Both the position numbers and the translations under genes were made by a program. From Eledone cirrhosa (lineage: Eukaryota), in the NCBI GenBank assembly GCA_964016885.1, contig OZ024743.1:311116001-311180000 (forward strand): a stretch of 64,000 nucleotides of DNA. The letters are read 5' to 3'. The notes beneath the pieces are model-generated. The model made no database searches. It was not told where the DNA came from and was given only the letters and a program-made list of their open reading frames with translations. Positions 14,211-28,910 of this stretch are shown here, in pieces. Numbering within the stretch: position 1 is the stretch's first letter; each line of letters begins with the position of its first letter.

Positions 14211-14475
14211 GATAATTGCTTCTGTCTGACTCAGGAGACAATCTCTCATGGAGTTGCAACGTCTGATGTGGTTGTACTGTCCTGTTTTAGAAGTTCAGAC
14301 TCTGTTACAGTTACTGCATTTGAAGTCCGTCGGTCTCTTTGAATGCTAACAATGCTCTCTCCCATATTCGCTCGGCATCATCCTCCTCCTCCTCCTCCCT
14401 CTCTCCTCTGAACGCTTTCTTTGACACTCCGTCTCCAGCTGCTATGGTCTGTAATGTTGTTATGTGTACCCAAAT

Positions 14476-14652
14476 TAGTGGAATGGCAGTAATAGGTAGC
14501 GCCTCGGACAACATGCTTTGTGACATAAAGTTACGGCCATTTACGTTCTGATGTCAAATTCAGCCGGAGTTACCTTTGCCGTTACAAAAGCAGTTACGCA
14601 CTTTTCCCCTTCCCTTCAAATTGCTGGCCTTGTGCCAAATAGAGAAACAATT
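14476..14652 (+). mobile_element. Decayed Octopus-type SINE
   Basis: tggaatggcagtaataggtagcgcctcggac...ttgctggccttgtgccaaatagagaaacaa. Confidence 0.7.
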
Positions 14653-14887
14653 GTGGCGTGCCCCAGTATATTATTCCATCCATACTAATAAAACTGAATG
14701 GAAATTGATATCTTCAGCAAATGCAAGTGGTGAAAACAATTGACTTATTTCGATCTTATTATCTCATCAGCGAAATGTATGACTTCTGTCGGAAACGTTG
14801 AACCCTCCTCCACTACTTCCAAGCGTGAAACTGAGATAATTGAGTATTTTTGCATTCCTGTGGATTTTGTTCTGTTCCATTTATTTT

Positions 14888-14975
<88 letters not shown>

Positions 14976-15149
14976 TATCAGTATATATATAAAATATATA
15001 GACTTGCTTACAAATAACCTCTCAATATAAAAACACTAAAATTTTCCTTCGGTTTAAGTACACAACACATCTCCTGAGAGTTCCTTACAACTTGTGCAAT
15101 GACCACATAGAATATATAATGAGTTAGAACAATGAAATATTACTTACTT

Positions 15150-15237
<88 letters not shown>

Positions 15238-15639
15238 AATTATGCATCCAAACTAATCGAAGGGGAGAGATAAGTGTTTAGTTATGAAAATGATATACCA
15301 GTAGTGAGGGGGGCAGTGTGTTCAATGCGTATTAGATGTAAGACAAGAGAACAATGTGAGTAAGCCAGAGAAATAATGTCAAGCAAAAAATTGTATAAGG
15401 AGAACATTAATATAGAAATTAAATGTTTAAGAAAACAATACCAAATTCTTGAACAAATATATTTAATGGCTGACAATTGTTTCGGAAACCATATCAGTAT
15501 TCAGCACATACGGATAATAATTATCGATTATAAAATCGATAATAGTAAGTGAAAATAAAAAGAAAAGTTTGATATGGTTCTCAACAATATATATATATAT
15601 ATAAATATATATAATGTTGAGAAGTGGCACACGAGTTGA

Positions 15640-16170
15640 TATATATTAAGAAAATAAGAAAAAAAGTAGAAAATGGTAATAGGATTTTCTCATAGAATAA
15701 AAGCAAAACATTTTTTTAAAATAATTTATCGTACAGGTTTCAACTGAGAATTATTTCGGTTTGTTCATGCTACCGGAAATATGATAAAAAGTATATAATA
15801 AAATGAAGGGGTATATTAATTATTAGCGGGTATTAGAGAACGTGGAGGGTTTGGTGGTAGTAGCAGCTAAAATAGAGAGTGGGCTTGTTCCCTATTACTG
15901 TCAGACTGTGAACTTTTAAATATATGTAAACTATCTTCTCTAATGCCATCCTCTAATTAATATACACCTTAATTTTAAATGTATGGAAAATATGTTCTTT
16001 AATACAACTTCTAATTAATTACACCTTAATTTTATCATATTTCCTGTAGCATGAAGAAGCCGAAATAATTATCAGTTGAAACCGGTACTATAATTTGCTA
16101 TTTAAAAAGTGTTTTGCTGTTATTCTATTACCATTTTTTCTACTTTTTTCTTATTTTTCTTTCCTTATAT
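15640..16170. mobile_element. Old fold-back pLTR remnant with degenerate hammerhead (16045-16092, +)
   Basis: Diverged inverted arms; tgtagc-ATGAAGA-agccga...tcagtt-GAAA-ccgg-TA-ctata. Confidence 0.55.
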
Positions 16171-16178
16171 ATATATAT

Positions 16179-16240
<62 letters not shown>

Positions 16241-16292
16241 GTGTGTATGTGTGTGTGTGTGTATATATAAAAGAAGTTAATATCCCCACTGG

Positions 16293-16426
<134 letters not shown>

Positions 16427-16738
16427 ATTATATTTCTCACCCTAGCTCAGCTGATACATAAATATAAGTATGCACACACACACACAGAGCAAAAATTATT
16501 ACTGGAATTCTATAAGAATCCAGCTTCTATAATTTTCGGCTCTGATGAACGCCAACAGACGGTCAGCTTCTCTCACTTCTTTCGCGGAAAAGAAGTGACA
16601 TAGTCACTACTTTAAAACTGATAGCGTATGGTCTTCTAAATATTTTTAATTAAACATACGGTATATTGCCAAATATACTATACATACATTCATGTATACA
16701 TCGGTATTTCAGAGCACCTATCCTAATATATATATATA

Positions 16739-16769
<31 letters not shown>

Positions 16770-16774
<5 letters not shown>

Positions 16775-18148
16775 ATTAAATAAATGGAAACTATATTTAT
16801 AAAACCATATTTATTTCATTATATATATTTCAGGGATATCATATTAACAATATGTTATGCCTTCTTCAGACAAAATACAATATAAACAGTCTTATAAATA
16901 AATAGATACGACATACCTTTCAATCGACTTGCATTTGTGAAGTTGATTTGGCAGTAAAAAATATTGTGGACAGTTGTAAAAAGAAAGAGAGAAAGAAAGA
17001 AAGAAAGAAAGAAAAACGAAGAAAAAAGAAGAAATGTTGCTGCAGACATAGATTGAACTCAACGTTTAAATATAAATTTAAATTTAAAATGTAGTTATGT
17101 TTGATTTGATTTCTAATTATTTATGAAACTAGCCGATAAATCTTTCGATTTCTTCTTTTTATTAAAACATTCTTTTTATTAAAACATTCTTCATGAATAA
17201 TTAAACTACCCTAAAAGCTGATGCTCCAAATATATCGAATTAAATTTTACACTAGATAAACTTCTATATTAAATATAAGAACATATGTAGACCAAATGGG
17301 TATCCTAAACTTTTGGAATGATTTCTGCTAGACAGGATTTGGTAAATAATTTTTGTTTTATCTGTTTCGACTCTGATGCTTATGATGAACTTGGCAGTAT
17401 ATCGTCAATTAAATTTGAAAGGCTGATCTTTGGCCGATTTGGGTGGCATACTATGTTTTATTTTTATTATTTTTTAATATTTTGTAATATTTTTATTTTT
17501 AATATTAAATGTTTTAGTTTTCTGTTTATTTATTTATTTTCTTGTCCCTGATATTTTTATTTTTATTTTTATTTTTATTTTTATTTTTATTTTTATTTTT
17601 ATTTTTATTTTTATTTTTATTTTTATTTTTATTTTTATTTTTATTTTTATTTTTATTTTTATTTTTATTTTTATTAATATATTGAAATCTGTTCTCTATT
17701 TCTGCTTGATCGACAATCATGTAGAGTAAAGACAAGAATAGTATTGTTAAAATTAATATAGACTCTATATATATGTGTATATATACACACATATATGTAT
17801 ACTTGAATTTTTATAGCACAATGAGAATGTTTTCGTGTGAATTGGGAGTTTGTTTATAATTATGATATAAACATATGAATTTTTAAAAACTAGACATAAG
17901 ATCATTACTTTTCACACATTATAGATACATGTCTCATTCATGAATACTGATATTTACATTATAATGCCTGTTTTATACGAACTAATATTTTCTACATGAT
18001 GAAACATAGGGTTTTAAATTCTGCCTCGTTTATGTCTGGTTATTTTTCATTTTCTCTTTTTCTTTTTCTCTTTTCTCTTTTTTCTCTCTATATAACGGCT
18101 ATTTTCTCTCTTAACTACATACATCTCTCTTTACATTAATACTAGAGC

Positions 18149-18179
<31 letters not shown>

Positions 18180-18595
18180 ATGTATCAACTGATACTCAAC
18201 TACCTAGTTTCTCTATCTATCTCTATCTATCTCTTTCTTTTTTTCCTCTCTCTATATGTCTCTCTCTGTTTCTTTACATGAAGTTCTTCTCTTTATCTAT
18301 ATTTCTATATCTCTCTATATTTAGTCACATGCATTTCTTCTTTTTTCTTCGTTTTTCTTTCTTTCTTTCTTTCTCTCTTTCTTTTTACAACTGTCCACAA
18401 TATTTTTTACTGCCAAATCAACTTCACAAATGCAAGTCGATTGAAAGGTATGTCGTATCTATTTATTTATAAGACTGTTTATATTGTATTTTGTCTGAAG
18501 AAAGCATAACATATTGTTAATATGATATCCCTGAAATATATATAAGGAAATAAATATGGTTTTATAAATATAGTTTCCATTTATTTAATATCATA
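16770..18595. mobile_element. Inverted-repeat-bounded element (arms 16770-17035 and 18335-18595), each arm with a hammerhead; internal (TTTTTA)n at ~17553-17675
   Basis: Near-identical inverted arms; 18487-18552 tattttgt-CTGAAGA-stem II-GAAA-tatata-TA-aggaaata. Confidence 0.7.
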
Positions 18596-18772
18596 AATAT
18601 ACTCCAAATATTTGTTGAGTGCTTTTATATCAGTTATAAATATTTACTCGTTGTTAACCCAACAATTTAAAAATAACTTTCCATATATATATACAATCGA
18701 ATCGAACATTATTATTCATGTTCGATATAATCCATACGTACATATGTATATGTATATATATATATATGTATA

Positions 18773-19960
<1,188 letters not shown>

Positions 19961-20015
19961 CTTCCACTCGTGTAGGACACCTCGGTTATTTTTCATTTTG
20001 TAAAAAAAACCTCAC

Positions 20016-20151
<136 letters not shown>

Positions 20152-20189
20152 ATAAATATATATATATATATATAAATATATATATGTAT

Positions 20190-20263
<74 letters not shown>

Positions 20264-20265
<2 letters not shown>

Positions 20266-21827
20266 TGGTAAACGGAATAGAAAATGCTGACAAATTGTTC
20301 ACAGTTGAAAAATGGTTTAATTAGGAATAAAAGAGTATTAGTGATTGTATGGGTTAGTATTCAGTTGTGGTTTTAAGTTTTTAAGTTTTTACCGGTTGCG
20401 CATTTCTAAATGCTTTTCAAAAATAATTTTGAGATAGAGTGTCCTTGCTGTTCGCTCTGATCTGATTAGTTTTGGGAATTCTACCTGTTTTTATGTTAAA
20501 AAAGTGGCTCCAGCGTTATTTTTGTGTTGCAAAAATGCTTGTGGTCAAAACAATTTTGATTGGTCGGTAGAGGTCATGTGAATGTAAAAAGTTGATTTTG
20601 CGCCAAGACTGTTTACGTTAAAATTAATATTCCCTACAACTTAGCCAAGAGAATCTGTACTATAGTCTCCAATAAAAACATCTGCTACTTACGGCTACAA
20701 GAACTAAAAGACACACTCATAGGCAGGGACTACCCTGCATCACTAATTGACAATGGAATCCAACGTGCCCTAAAACTCAGTACCCAGGACCTTAGACACC
20801 CTAAAGTAAATCAACCAAAACTAAAAGCTCTTCCATACATCTCCACACACAACCCCCTCAACAATGAGGCCTTTGACACCATCCTCCAGAACATCCCTGT
20901 ATTGAAAAAGGACCATAGAATGAACCAAATTCTACGAACACACGATATCATAAAGAGCAAAAGACAATCCAAGTCAATGAAAAACATCTTAACACATGCC
21001 AAAGTACTGCCAACCACAACAACGAAACCCACAGTAAAAAAATGCGATAGACCCAACTGTGGCATTGTATCAACCTAATAGAGGGTTCGGAATTCTATTT
21101 CAAAGATGGACAACGTTTTATAGTAAAACACAATTTCACATGTGCATCGGAAAATCTAATATATGTATTAACTTGTTCAGGTTGTCGAGAGCAATACATA
21201 GGCCAGACGAAAAACAGCCTCCGCCAACGCATGACTGTCCATAGATCCCAAATTAAAATACGGGAATACAGGAAAATACCACTGAGTGAACACATTGATA
21301 CCTGTGCCGCCCAAAATCATCCCAACTTCAGAATCTTTCCCCTCTACAAATTTAAAGATAATGCCACCCACACCCAGCGCATCAGCAAGGAATCTTACTT
21401 CATTAACAAATACGGACCCCGTCTAAACACTTCTCCCTAAGACGAACCCACAACATACACACGTCAACATACATACCTACATCAGCACACATCTCTACCC
21501 ACATATAAACACAATGACACACGTAAACACACATGCTCTATGATGCAATACAAAATAATCTATGTGCATATATATGTATGTATATATGTATATATATATA
21601 TATATGTAGTGAATATATGTATGTGTGTATATATATATATAGTGCATATCATTTCACACCTTTTATTAAGATTTTTGATGTTCTATTAAGAGAACCGATT
21701 TTACTGAAAAAATCGAATAATGTACACCATTTTACCAGGGGGAAAAAAATACTGGTCCACCCACACACACACACAGACATATATACACAAACACATACAC
21801 ACGCGTACATCAACATACAAAGAGACT

Positions 21828-21864
<37 letters not shown>

Positions 21865-21905
21865 TTCTCCGTATATAATATCTTTTGACCTTCGAATGAC
21901 TCTGC

Positions 21906-21988
<83 letters not shown>

Positions 21989-22069
21989 ATCTTAATAGCC
22001 ATTTGACACACATCGCTGCTGGCCATTGTCGCAGCATCGAACACCTTACTACTACTACTACACACACAC

Positions 22070-22117
<48 letters not shown>

Positions 22118-22654
22118 ACACACACACATATTTGTTGTGAACGAGTCATTTCTCAATCTTGGCGCAAAACCAATTTTTTATCCACATGACCTCTACCGAC
22201 CAATCAAAATTGTTTTGACCATAATTTTTGCTGGAGCCACTTTTCTAACATTTTAACATAAAAACAGTCTTGGCGCAAAATCAACTTTTTACATTCACAT
22301 GACCTCTACCGACCAATCAAAATTGTTTTGACCACAAGCATTTTTGCAACACAAAAATAACGCTGGAGCCATTTTTTAAACATAAAAACAGGTAGAATTC
22401 CCAAAACTAATCAGATCAGAGCAAACAGCACGGACACTCTATCTCAAAATTATTTTTGAAAAGCATTTAGAAATGCGCAACAGGTAAAAACTTAAAAACT
22501 TAAAACCACAACTGAATACTAACCCATACAATCACTAATACTCTTTTATTCCTAATTAAACCATTTTTCAACTGTGAACAATTTGTCAGCATTTTCTATT
22601 CCGTTTACCAATATATAATAACTTGTGTGTTACACCTCTATTCTTTTAACTATA

Positions 22655-22660
<6 letters not shown>
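20264..22660 (+). mobile_element. 5'-truncated Penelope-like element (probably Neptune-type) with inverted 5' pLTR
   Basis: 20264-20612 is the reverse complement of 22263-22615; ORF remnant between; CA-rich 3' UTR; TA tracts on both sides. Confidence 0.88.
20626..21440 (+). pseudogene. Penelope C-terminal thumb/GIY-YIG endonuclease, frameshift near 21065
   Basis: IPYNLAKRICTIVS; KCDRPNCG-C; FTCASENLIYVLTCSGCREQYIGQTKNSLRQRMTVHRSQI; ESYFINKYGPRLN. Confidence 0.85.
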
Positions 22661-22719
<59 letters not shown>

Positions 22720-22725
<6 letters not shown>

Positions 22726-23270
22726 ATGAGAAGAAAGAATACTGCGTGGTTGCACATGGGTTACATATGATAAAAATAGTCCTTCGTCAGTGATTTTCCA
22801 ACCCTCATTGGTATTTCATCGCTTTAAAATTCATATACCTCAGGTTGGTGTGAGCAATAGCTAAATAAAGCTATTGGGACAAGTAAATCGCATAAAGCGA
22901 GCGAGACAGTAAACAAACAAGGAAGGATAGCAACGCAAAGATAGTAAAAAACAAGCGCATGGGGATCCGGTCAGCTTAAGCTGTGTGGATTTCATGAGCG
23001 GGGGAAATATAGACCGTCAGACGTGAGTGAGATGTAAGCAAGAAGAGAACAAACTACAGGCCAAACGGGAGGAAGTGAGAAGGGGAGAAGCAGAGAGTAA
23101 GTGAGTGGAAGTGCGAGGAAGAGGCCAGTCGAGAGAAAGTGTAACTGACAGAGGGGGCGAAAGAAGGTGAGAGAAACAGAGAAACGCAGCTGAGGAAAAT
23201 ATATATAAAAAACATGAGAAGAAAGAATACTGCGTGGTTGCACATGGATTATATATGATAAAAATAGTCC
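22720..23270 (-). mobile_element. TA-flanked repeat with direct terminal duplication (pLTR-like family; also 32885-33230 and 47795-48775)
   Basis: aacatgagaagaaagaatactgcgtggttgcacatgg occurs at both ends; shared tagtccttc(g/a)tcagtgat. Confidence 0.7.
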
Positions 23271-23301
<31 letters not shown>

Positions 23302-23763
23302 GTTTATAGCTCTGCTATCTTCTTCATATCCATGGAGCACTTGTCTGCACAATATGGAAGTTGCGTTTCGCTAATTTCTACCCGCTGAAATGCGATTCTC
23401 GCTAAATTTATATTTGTATTAATCTCCCAAGTCAAACGATTAAGCAGTTAATTTTTTTTTTGCGGGGGGGGGGGGGCTTTTTAGTTAATTCTATTGACTG
23501 ATTAATCGCTTAAGTTTATTTTTAAAACAACTCGGTAGAGAGCTTAATTCGTTTTGTGCGGTATTTGCAAATGTTTGCAGTAACTACACATGCTGAATTC
23601 ACTGGCCAAAATAGGAGTTTTCTCTCCTTAGAATCTCACATGTGCATTCATAACCTGCGAGATTCTGGCGCAAGAAGAACAAAAACCTGTTGAGAAAGCG
23701 ATGCCTTGTTCGATCATTATACCAAAAGCTTATTTTTTATAATCAGACAGTATTATTGATTTA

Positions 23764-23955
23764 GGTGGTGGATTGGCAGTATCGGTAGAGGGTCGGACGC
23801 CATGCTTTCCAGCATAGTTACGTCCGTTTACGATCTGAGTTCAAATCCCGCAGAGGTTGATTTTGCCTTTCATCCTTACGGGGTCGATAAAATAAAGTAC
23901 CAGTAATGCACTGGTAATTGCTGGCCTTGTGCCTAAAGTAGAAACAATTATTGAT
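23764..23955 (+). mobile_element. Octopus-type tRNA-derived SINE
   Basis: ggtggattggcagtatcggtagagggtcggacgcc, B-box gagttcaaatc, core tttgcctttcatccttacggggtcgataaaataaagtaccag. Confidence 0.85.
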
Positions 23956-24241
23956 TTAGGTGTTGTAGAAACCCAATTTCGGAGTATTCCATCTTCCCCG
24001 AAGGGTCCGGGTAAATATTTCAATCATATCTCATTTTGTTTGACCCGTTTAGCCTGTTTGCTTTTTTGGCTATGGTGGTTAATGGCTTCTTAACCATCGT
24101 CTCAGCGTATATGACCATTTTAACTTATGTTTATAGCTCTTGTATCTTCTTCAGACCCATGGAGCGCTTGTCTGCACAATATGGAAGTTGCGTTTCGCTA
24201 ATTTCTACCCGCCGAAATGCGATTCTCGCTAAATTTATATT

Positions 24242-24277
<36 letters not shown>

Positions 24278-24319
24278 CATACATACTTATATACATACAC
24301 ACACATATATACATATGCA

Positions 24320-24635
24320 TATATACGTATGGGTTATATCGAACATTAATAATAATGTTCGATTCGTTTGTAAACGAACGGCCCGATTTGAAGCTGTTCC
24401 GTGCTGGTGATCGACGTGACCTGTTTCTTCAATACTGGCTTTGAGGAACAATCACCATGTTTCTGGGTCATTACCCCTCATCAGGACTGTATACCTCTAC
24501 GAGTCTGTTGAACGGTTGAAAATATATAGTATTTTCTTAAGTACACATCAGCTGAGTAGCCTCATTTGTATACCGAGCAAGGCGAGTTACGGCTAGCCTT
24601 GCCGAATATTAAAAATAAAATTACAATTTTATTTA
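24320..24635 (-). mobile_element. Diverged subfamily of the retrozyme-like repeat, hammerhead at 24448-24490
   Basis: Collinear with the minus-strand monomers (cgaacatt..aatgttcg hairpin, gtttgtaaac, ggaac..gtttc..tcag..gtatacc, ctgagtagcc..atttg); partial copy at 46890-47035. Confidence 0.7.
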
Positions 24636-24641
24636 CAAACA

Positions 24642-24849
<208 letters not shown>

Positions 24850-25254
24850 CATATATAGAAAGAGTGAAGAATAACATGGTCAACAGTACAAAAAAGGGTT
24901 TTATTTATAGTCTAACAATTTTATCACTGATTAAGTTGTCTAAATATGCTGAACACTTGGAGCTGTGCCACTCAATTTTAAATAGGTTGTTAGCTTAACC
25001 AGATCATCAGAGAAACTGTTATATGTTCAGTATTTACGAATTCAAATTACAGCATCATTGGTAGTATTAATAAAGATAGAGAGAGAAAAAAAGGAAGGGA
25101 GATAGAGAGAAAAACGAAAGAAAAAGGAGAAAGGAAAAAGAAAGAGAAAGATATAGAGGTAAAAGACATAGAGAAAAGAGGATAGAAAGAGAACAGAAAA
25201 GGATAAAGAAAAAATAATAAAAGTTAAAGAAAAAGAAGAATAAAGGGAAAGATA

Positions 25255-25430
25255 ATTGTTTCTACTTGTAGGCACAAGGCCAGCAATTTACAGTACATTA
25301 CTGGTACTTTTTTTTATCGACCTCGTAAGGATGAAAGGCAAAGTTAACTTGAACTCAGACTGTAAAGGGACGTAACTATGCTAGTAAGCATGGTGTCTGA
25401 CGCTCTACCGATTCTGCCAATCTACCACCC
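25255..25430 (-). mobile_element. Octopus-type SINE between the inverted pLTR and ORF remnant
   Basis: Reverse complement of the SINE head and tail seen at 23764 and 41159. Confidence 0.75.
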
Positions 25431-25689
25431 TTGGGAAAATAATATCAACAATAAATCCGATTGAAAGCATATCATTACGATAAAAGACATAATAATAATG
25501 ACAGAAATGATGGATCTACCAGTGAAAAATATGGGTTCAAATCCTGTAAAAATCCACCGAACAACCCACATATCGATGCCTTTGAACTTGACCTCATGAA
25601 CATGATAAAAGAAATTAAATTCAATAAATGAACGCATCACAACAAGCTGCAAAATAACATCAATTACTCCTAAAAAAATTGCGTAACTC

Positions 25690-27730
25690 CAATGGTAAAA
25701 GCAGACAAACATCAAACGTATACACCATGAGCCTTAATACAAACATCAACTTTATACGCTGGGAATTACATAAAAACCTACAAAGTCTACACTCAATAAC
25801 GTTAACAGGGAAGGACTTAACAGTAAAAAAAACTTAAAATATCTGATAGAACCGAACCTCTAACCCCTTGTAAACCCACTTTTAATCTGAAGGATCATAA
25901 ATGCAACTTCGATACTGACCCTACTATTAGATTAATATGCTCATCAAAATCTGATATAGGCAAAATTAGTAAATATATACTAGAAAAAATAATACCACAA
26001 ATTAAAGAAAAACTAATAATTAAGCTCTGGGGTAACACTAATGAAGCAATAGATTCGTTTAGCAAATTCGACAATAAAGAATATTCCGACTTCATACAAT
26101 TTGACATCAATGACTACTACTCTTCTATTTTCCCAGTAACCCTAAATAAGGCACTAACCTTTGCACAAAAAAACTCTGACCTATCACCAGATGAAATTAA
26201 AATAATACTAGCTGCTAGAAGAACAATCATTAGGTTCGATAATAGTTACTGGGAAAGAAAAATAGACAAAATAACTTTGATATCACTATGGGATCGAGCG
26301 ATTCAGCTCAAGTAACGGACATTGTCGGAATATATATAGCACATATCTTGCATAAGGAATGTGATAACCTACAGGGAGGAATTTATAGAGATGATACATT
26401 ACTTTTAGCTAAAAACCTAAATAATCAAAACTTAGAAAGATTACGGAAAAAGATTAGAACATTCTTCAATAAATTAGGCCTAAACATCACTTTTAAACTC
26501 AACTCTAAAAAAAGCTAACTTCTTAGATGTATCACTTAACCTGAACACAGTACTAATAGACCCTTCCATAAAAATAATGAAAATCTAGCTTACATTAATG
26601 ATAACTCTAATCACCATCGCTCCATAATTAACTCCATAGCACTTAGTATATCCCTTAGAATCTCGCGCTTATCGTCTAATCTGGAGATGTTTAACGAACA
26701 CGCTAACTACTACAACATAGCTTTACTTAAGGCAGGCCATAAAGAGCGACTCAAATACATACCAGATACTAAAAATAACAACACACTTAACAGAAATAAC
26801 ACTATCTACACCTATAGAAGCAACAAATCAACGACTAAACATAGAAATTGGCAACGAGCACCAGAATTAATTGAACCGAATACTAATATAAGGACCACTA
26901 GAAACTATAGAAGATGCAGAGATAGAAAATACTTATGGTTCAATTCAATATTTAACTCCTCTATCAAAACAAAAATACCTTATAATTTCTTTAAATTAGT
27001 CGACAAACACTTCCCTAAACTTCATAAATACCATTTAATAGAAATACTATAAAACTATCTTACTCCACTGCCAACAACATAGAATCGCACATACATAAAA
27101 TTAACTATAAGAGAATTTCTAATATAAGTAGCCCGCAAACAAGTACCATGACACCAAATATAAAACACAAACACATAACATCATAACAACCAAACACACA
27201 TCAGAACACATCACGACAATACATCAACAAACCCAATTCTCAGTCCTTGCATAACAAAATACAAAACCTTATCGAGGAACCGGCACATAGGAATGTATCA
27301 AAATGCAACTGTCATCTACCTGATAAATGCGCATTACAAAATAGATGCCTGGAGTCAAATATAGTGTACCTATGTACTATAAATTCAGGCAACTTAGCAT
27401 GGCACTACATAGGTTCGTCAGCGGGGCAGTTCAAGAAAAGGTGGCATGTCCACAGACACTCTATAAATAACTGGAAGCTTATGAATACAACAACGCTCGC
27501 CAATAAAATCTGGCAGCTCTAAGATACAAGCCAGGAATACAGAATCAGCTGGATGAAGTTATCAACTGCAGTAGCCTATAGAATTGGCATGTCTCACTGT
27601 GGTCTTTGTAATATGGAACTATTCCAAACTTTAAAATACAACAAAATGCTACTTAAGAGCAAAATTGAAAGAACTATTTTCTGTAGGCATAAAACAGCGA
27701 CCAAATTTGATAACTTTAGACCAACTTAAT
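25690..27730 (+). pseudogene. Penelope RT/GIY-YIG pseudogene with several frameshifts and stops
   Basis: KADK, RLICSSKSDIGKIS, FIQFDINDYYSSI, MGSSDSAQVTDIVG, IYRDDTL, CNCHLPDKCALQNRCLESNIVY, HYIGSS. Confidence 0.85.
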
Positions 27731-28910
27731 TCATCCCATCTATTCTACAACTCAAATTGTATCACTTAAATCTATTATAATAACCTATTATTATAATCAT
27801 TATTATTATTATTATTGTCATCATCTGTCAATGAACCAACATCATAACCTCTTATATTTTATATTTTATATTTTCTCTCTTCCATTTTCTATGTTTCTAT
27901 TTCTCTCCCTAAATTTATTTCATCTCTTACATTTTATCTTATCGTATTATTTTCACTTCTAATATAACTTACAATTAATTAATCAAATAATTATTTAATT
28001 ATCTAATTAATTTATTAAAATAACCTATACACACACGAATATATTTAACATTTTCATGTTTATACCTTCATATCTCTATGTTTTGACCACCAACACCACA
28101 ACTACTCTCAATAATCTTACTATGTTTAGTTTTCTTCGCACATATAAACATTTTTTATTTATTTATTTTCCTATTTTATATTGTTTTGTATCATCGTCGA
28201 TATAACTTATGTATTAGCCTTTATTCATTTATTGTTGATATCATTATTGTTCCCTTTATTCTTCTTTTTCTTTACCTTTTATTATTTTTTCTTTATCCTT
28301 TTCTCTTCTCTTTCTATCCTTTTTTCTCTATGTCTTTTATCTCTATATCTTTCTCTTTATTTTTCCTTCCTCCTTTTTATTTCTTTTTCCTCTCTATCTC
28401 CCTTCCTTTTTTTTCTTCTCTCTCTATTTTTATTGATATTAATAATGATGCTGTAATTTGAATTCACAAATACTGAACTTATAACAGTTTCTCTGATGAT
28501 CTGGTTAAGCTAACAACGTATTTAAAATTGAGCGGTACAGCCCCAAGTGTTCAGCAATTTTAGACAACTTAATCTGTGAAACAATTGTTAGACTATATAT
28601 AAAACCATTTTTTGTACTGTTGACCATGTTATTCTTCACTCTTTCAATATTATTACTCCAAGATAAACTTACATAGGAATACAAGAGACCTCATAAACTC
28701 GCTACCTACGTAAACCTCTTGATGAGTCAAACAACGCCGTACGCTAAAACTATCCATAATACAAAGTATTCACAACCTCTAACTGGATTACCTATAACGA
28801 TATTTTGTTATCCCTTATATACATACATACATACATACATACATACATACATACATACATACATACATACATACATACATACATACATACATACATACAT
28901 ACATACATAC

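Larger units (their letters stand above)
24855..28720 (+). mobile_element. Decayed Penelope-like element with inverted 5' pLTR (24855-25255 vs 28245-28650)
   Basis: RT and GIY-YIG remnants between long inverted repeats; hammerhead-like motif at 28486-28594. Confidence 0.88.

Noticed and set aside
14738-14772. Hammerhead-like core CTGATGA-gat-aataag-atc-GAAA-taag-TC (minus)
   Set aside because: Stem I does not pair; at best a dead relic
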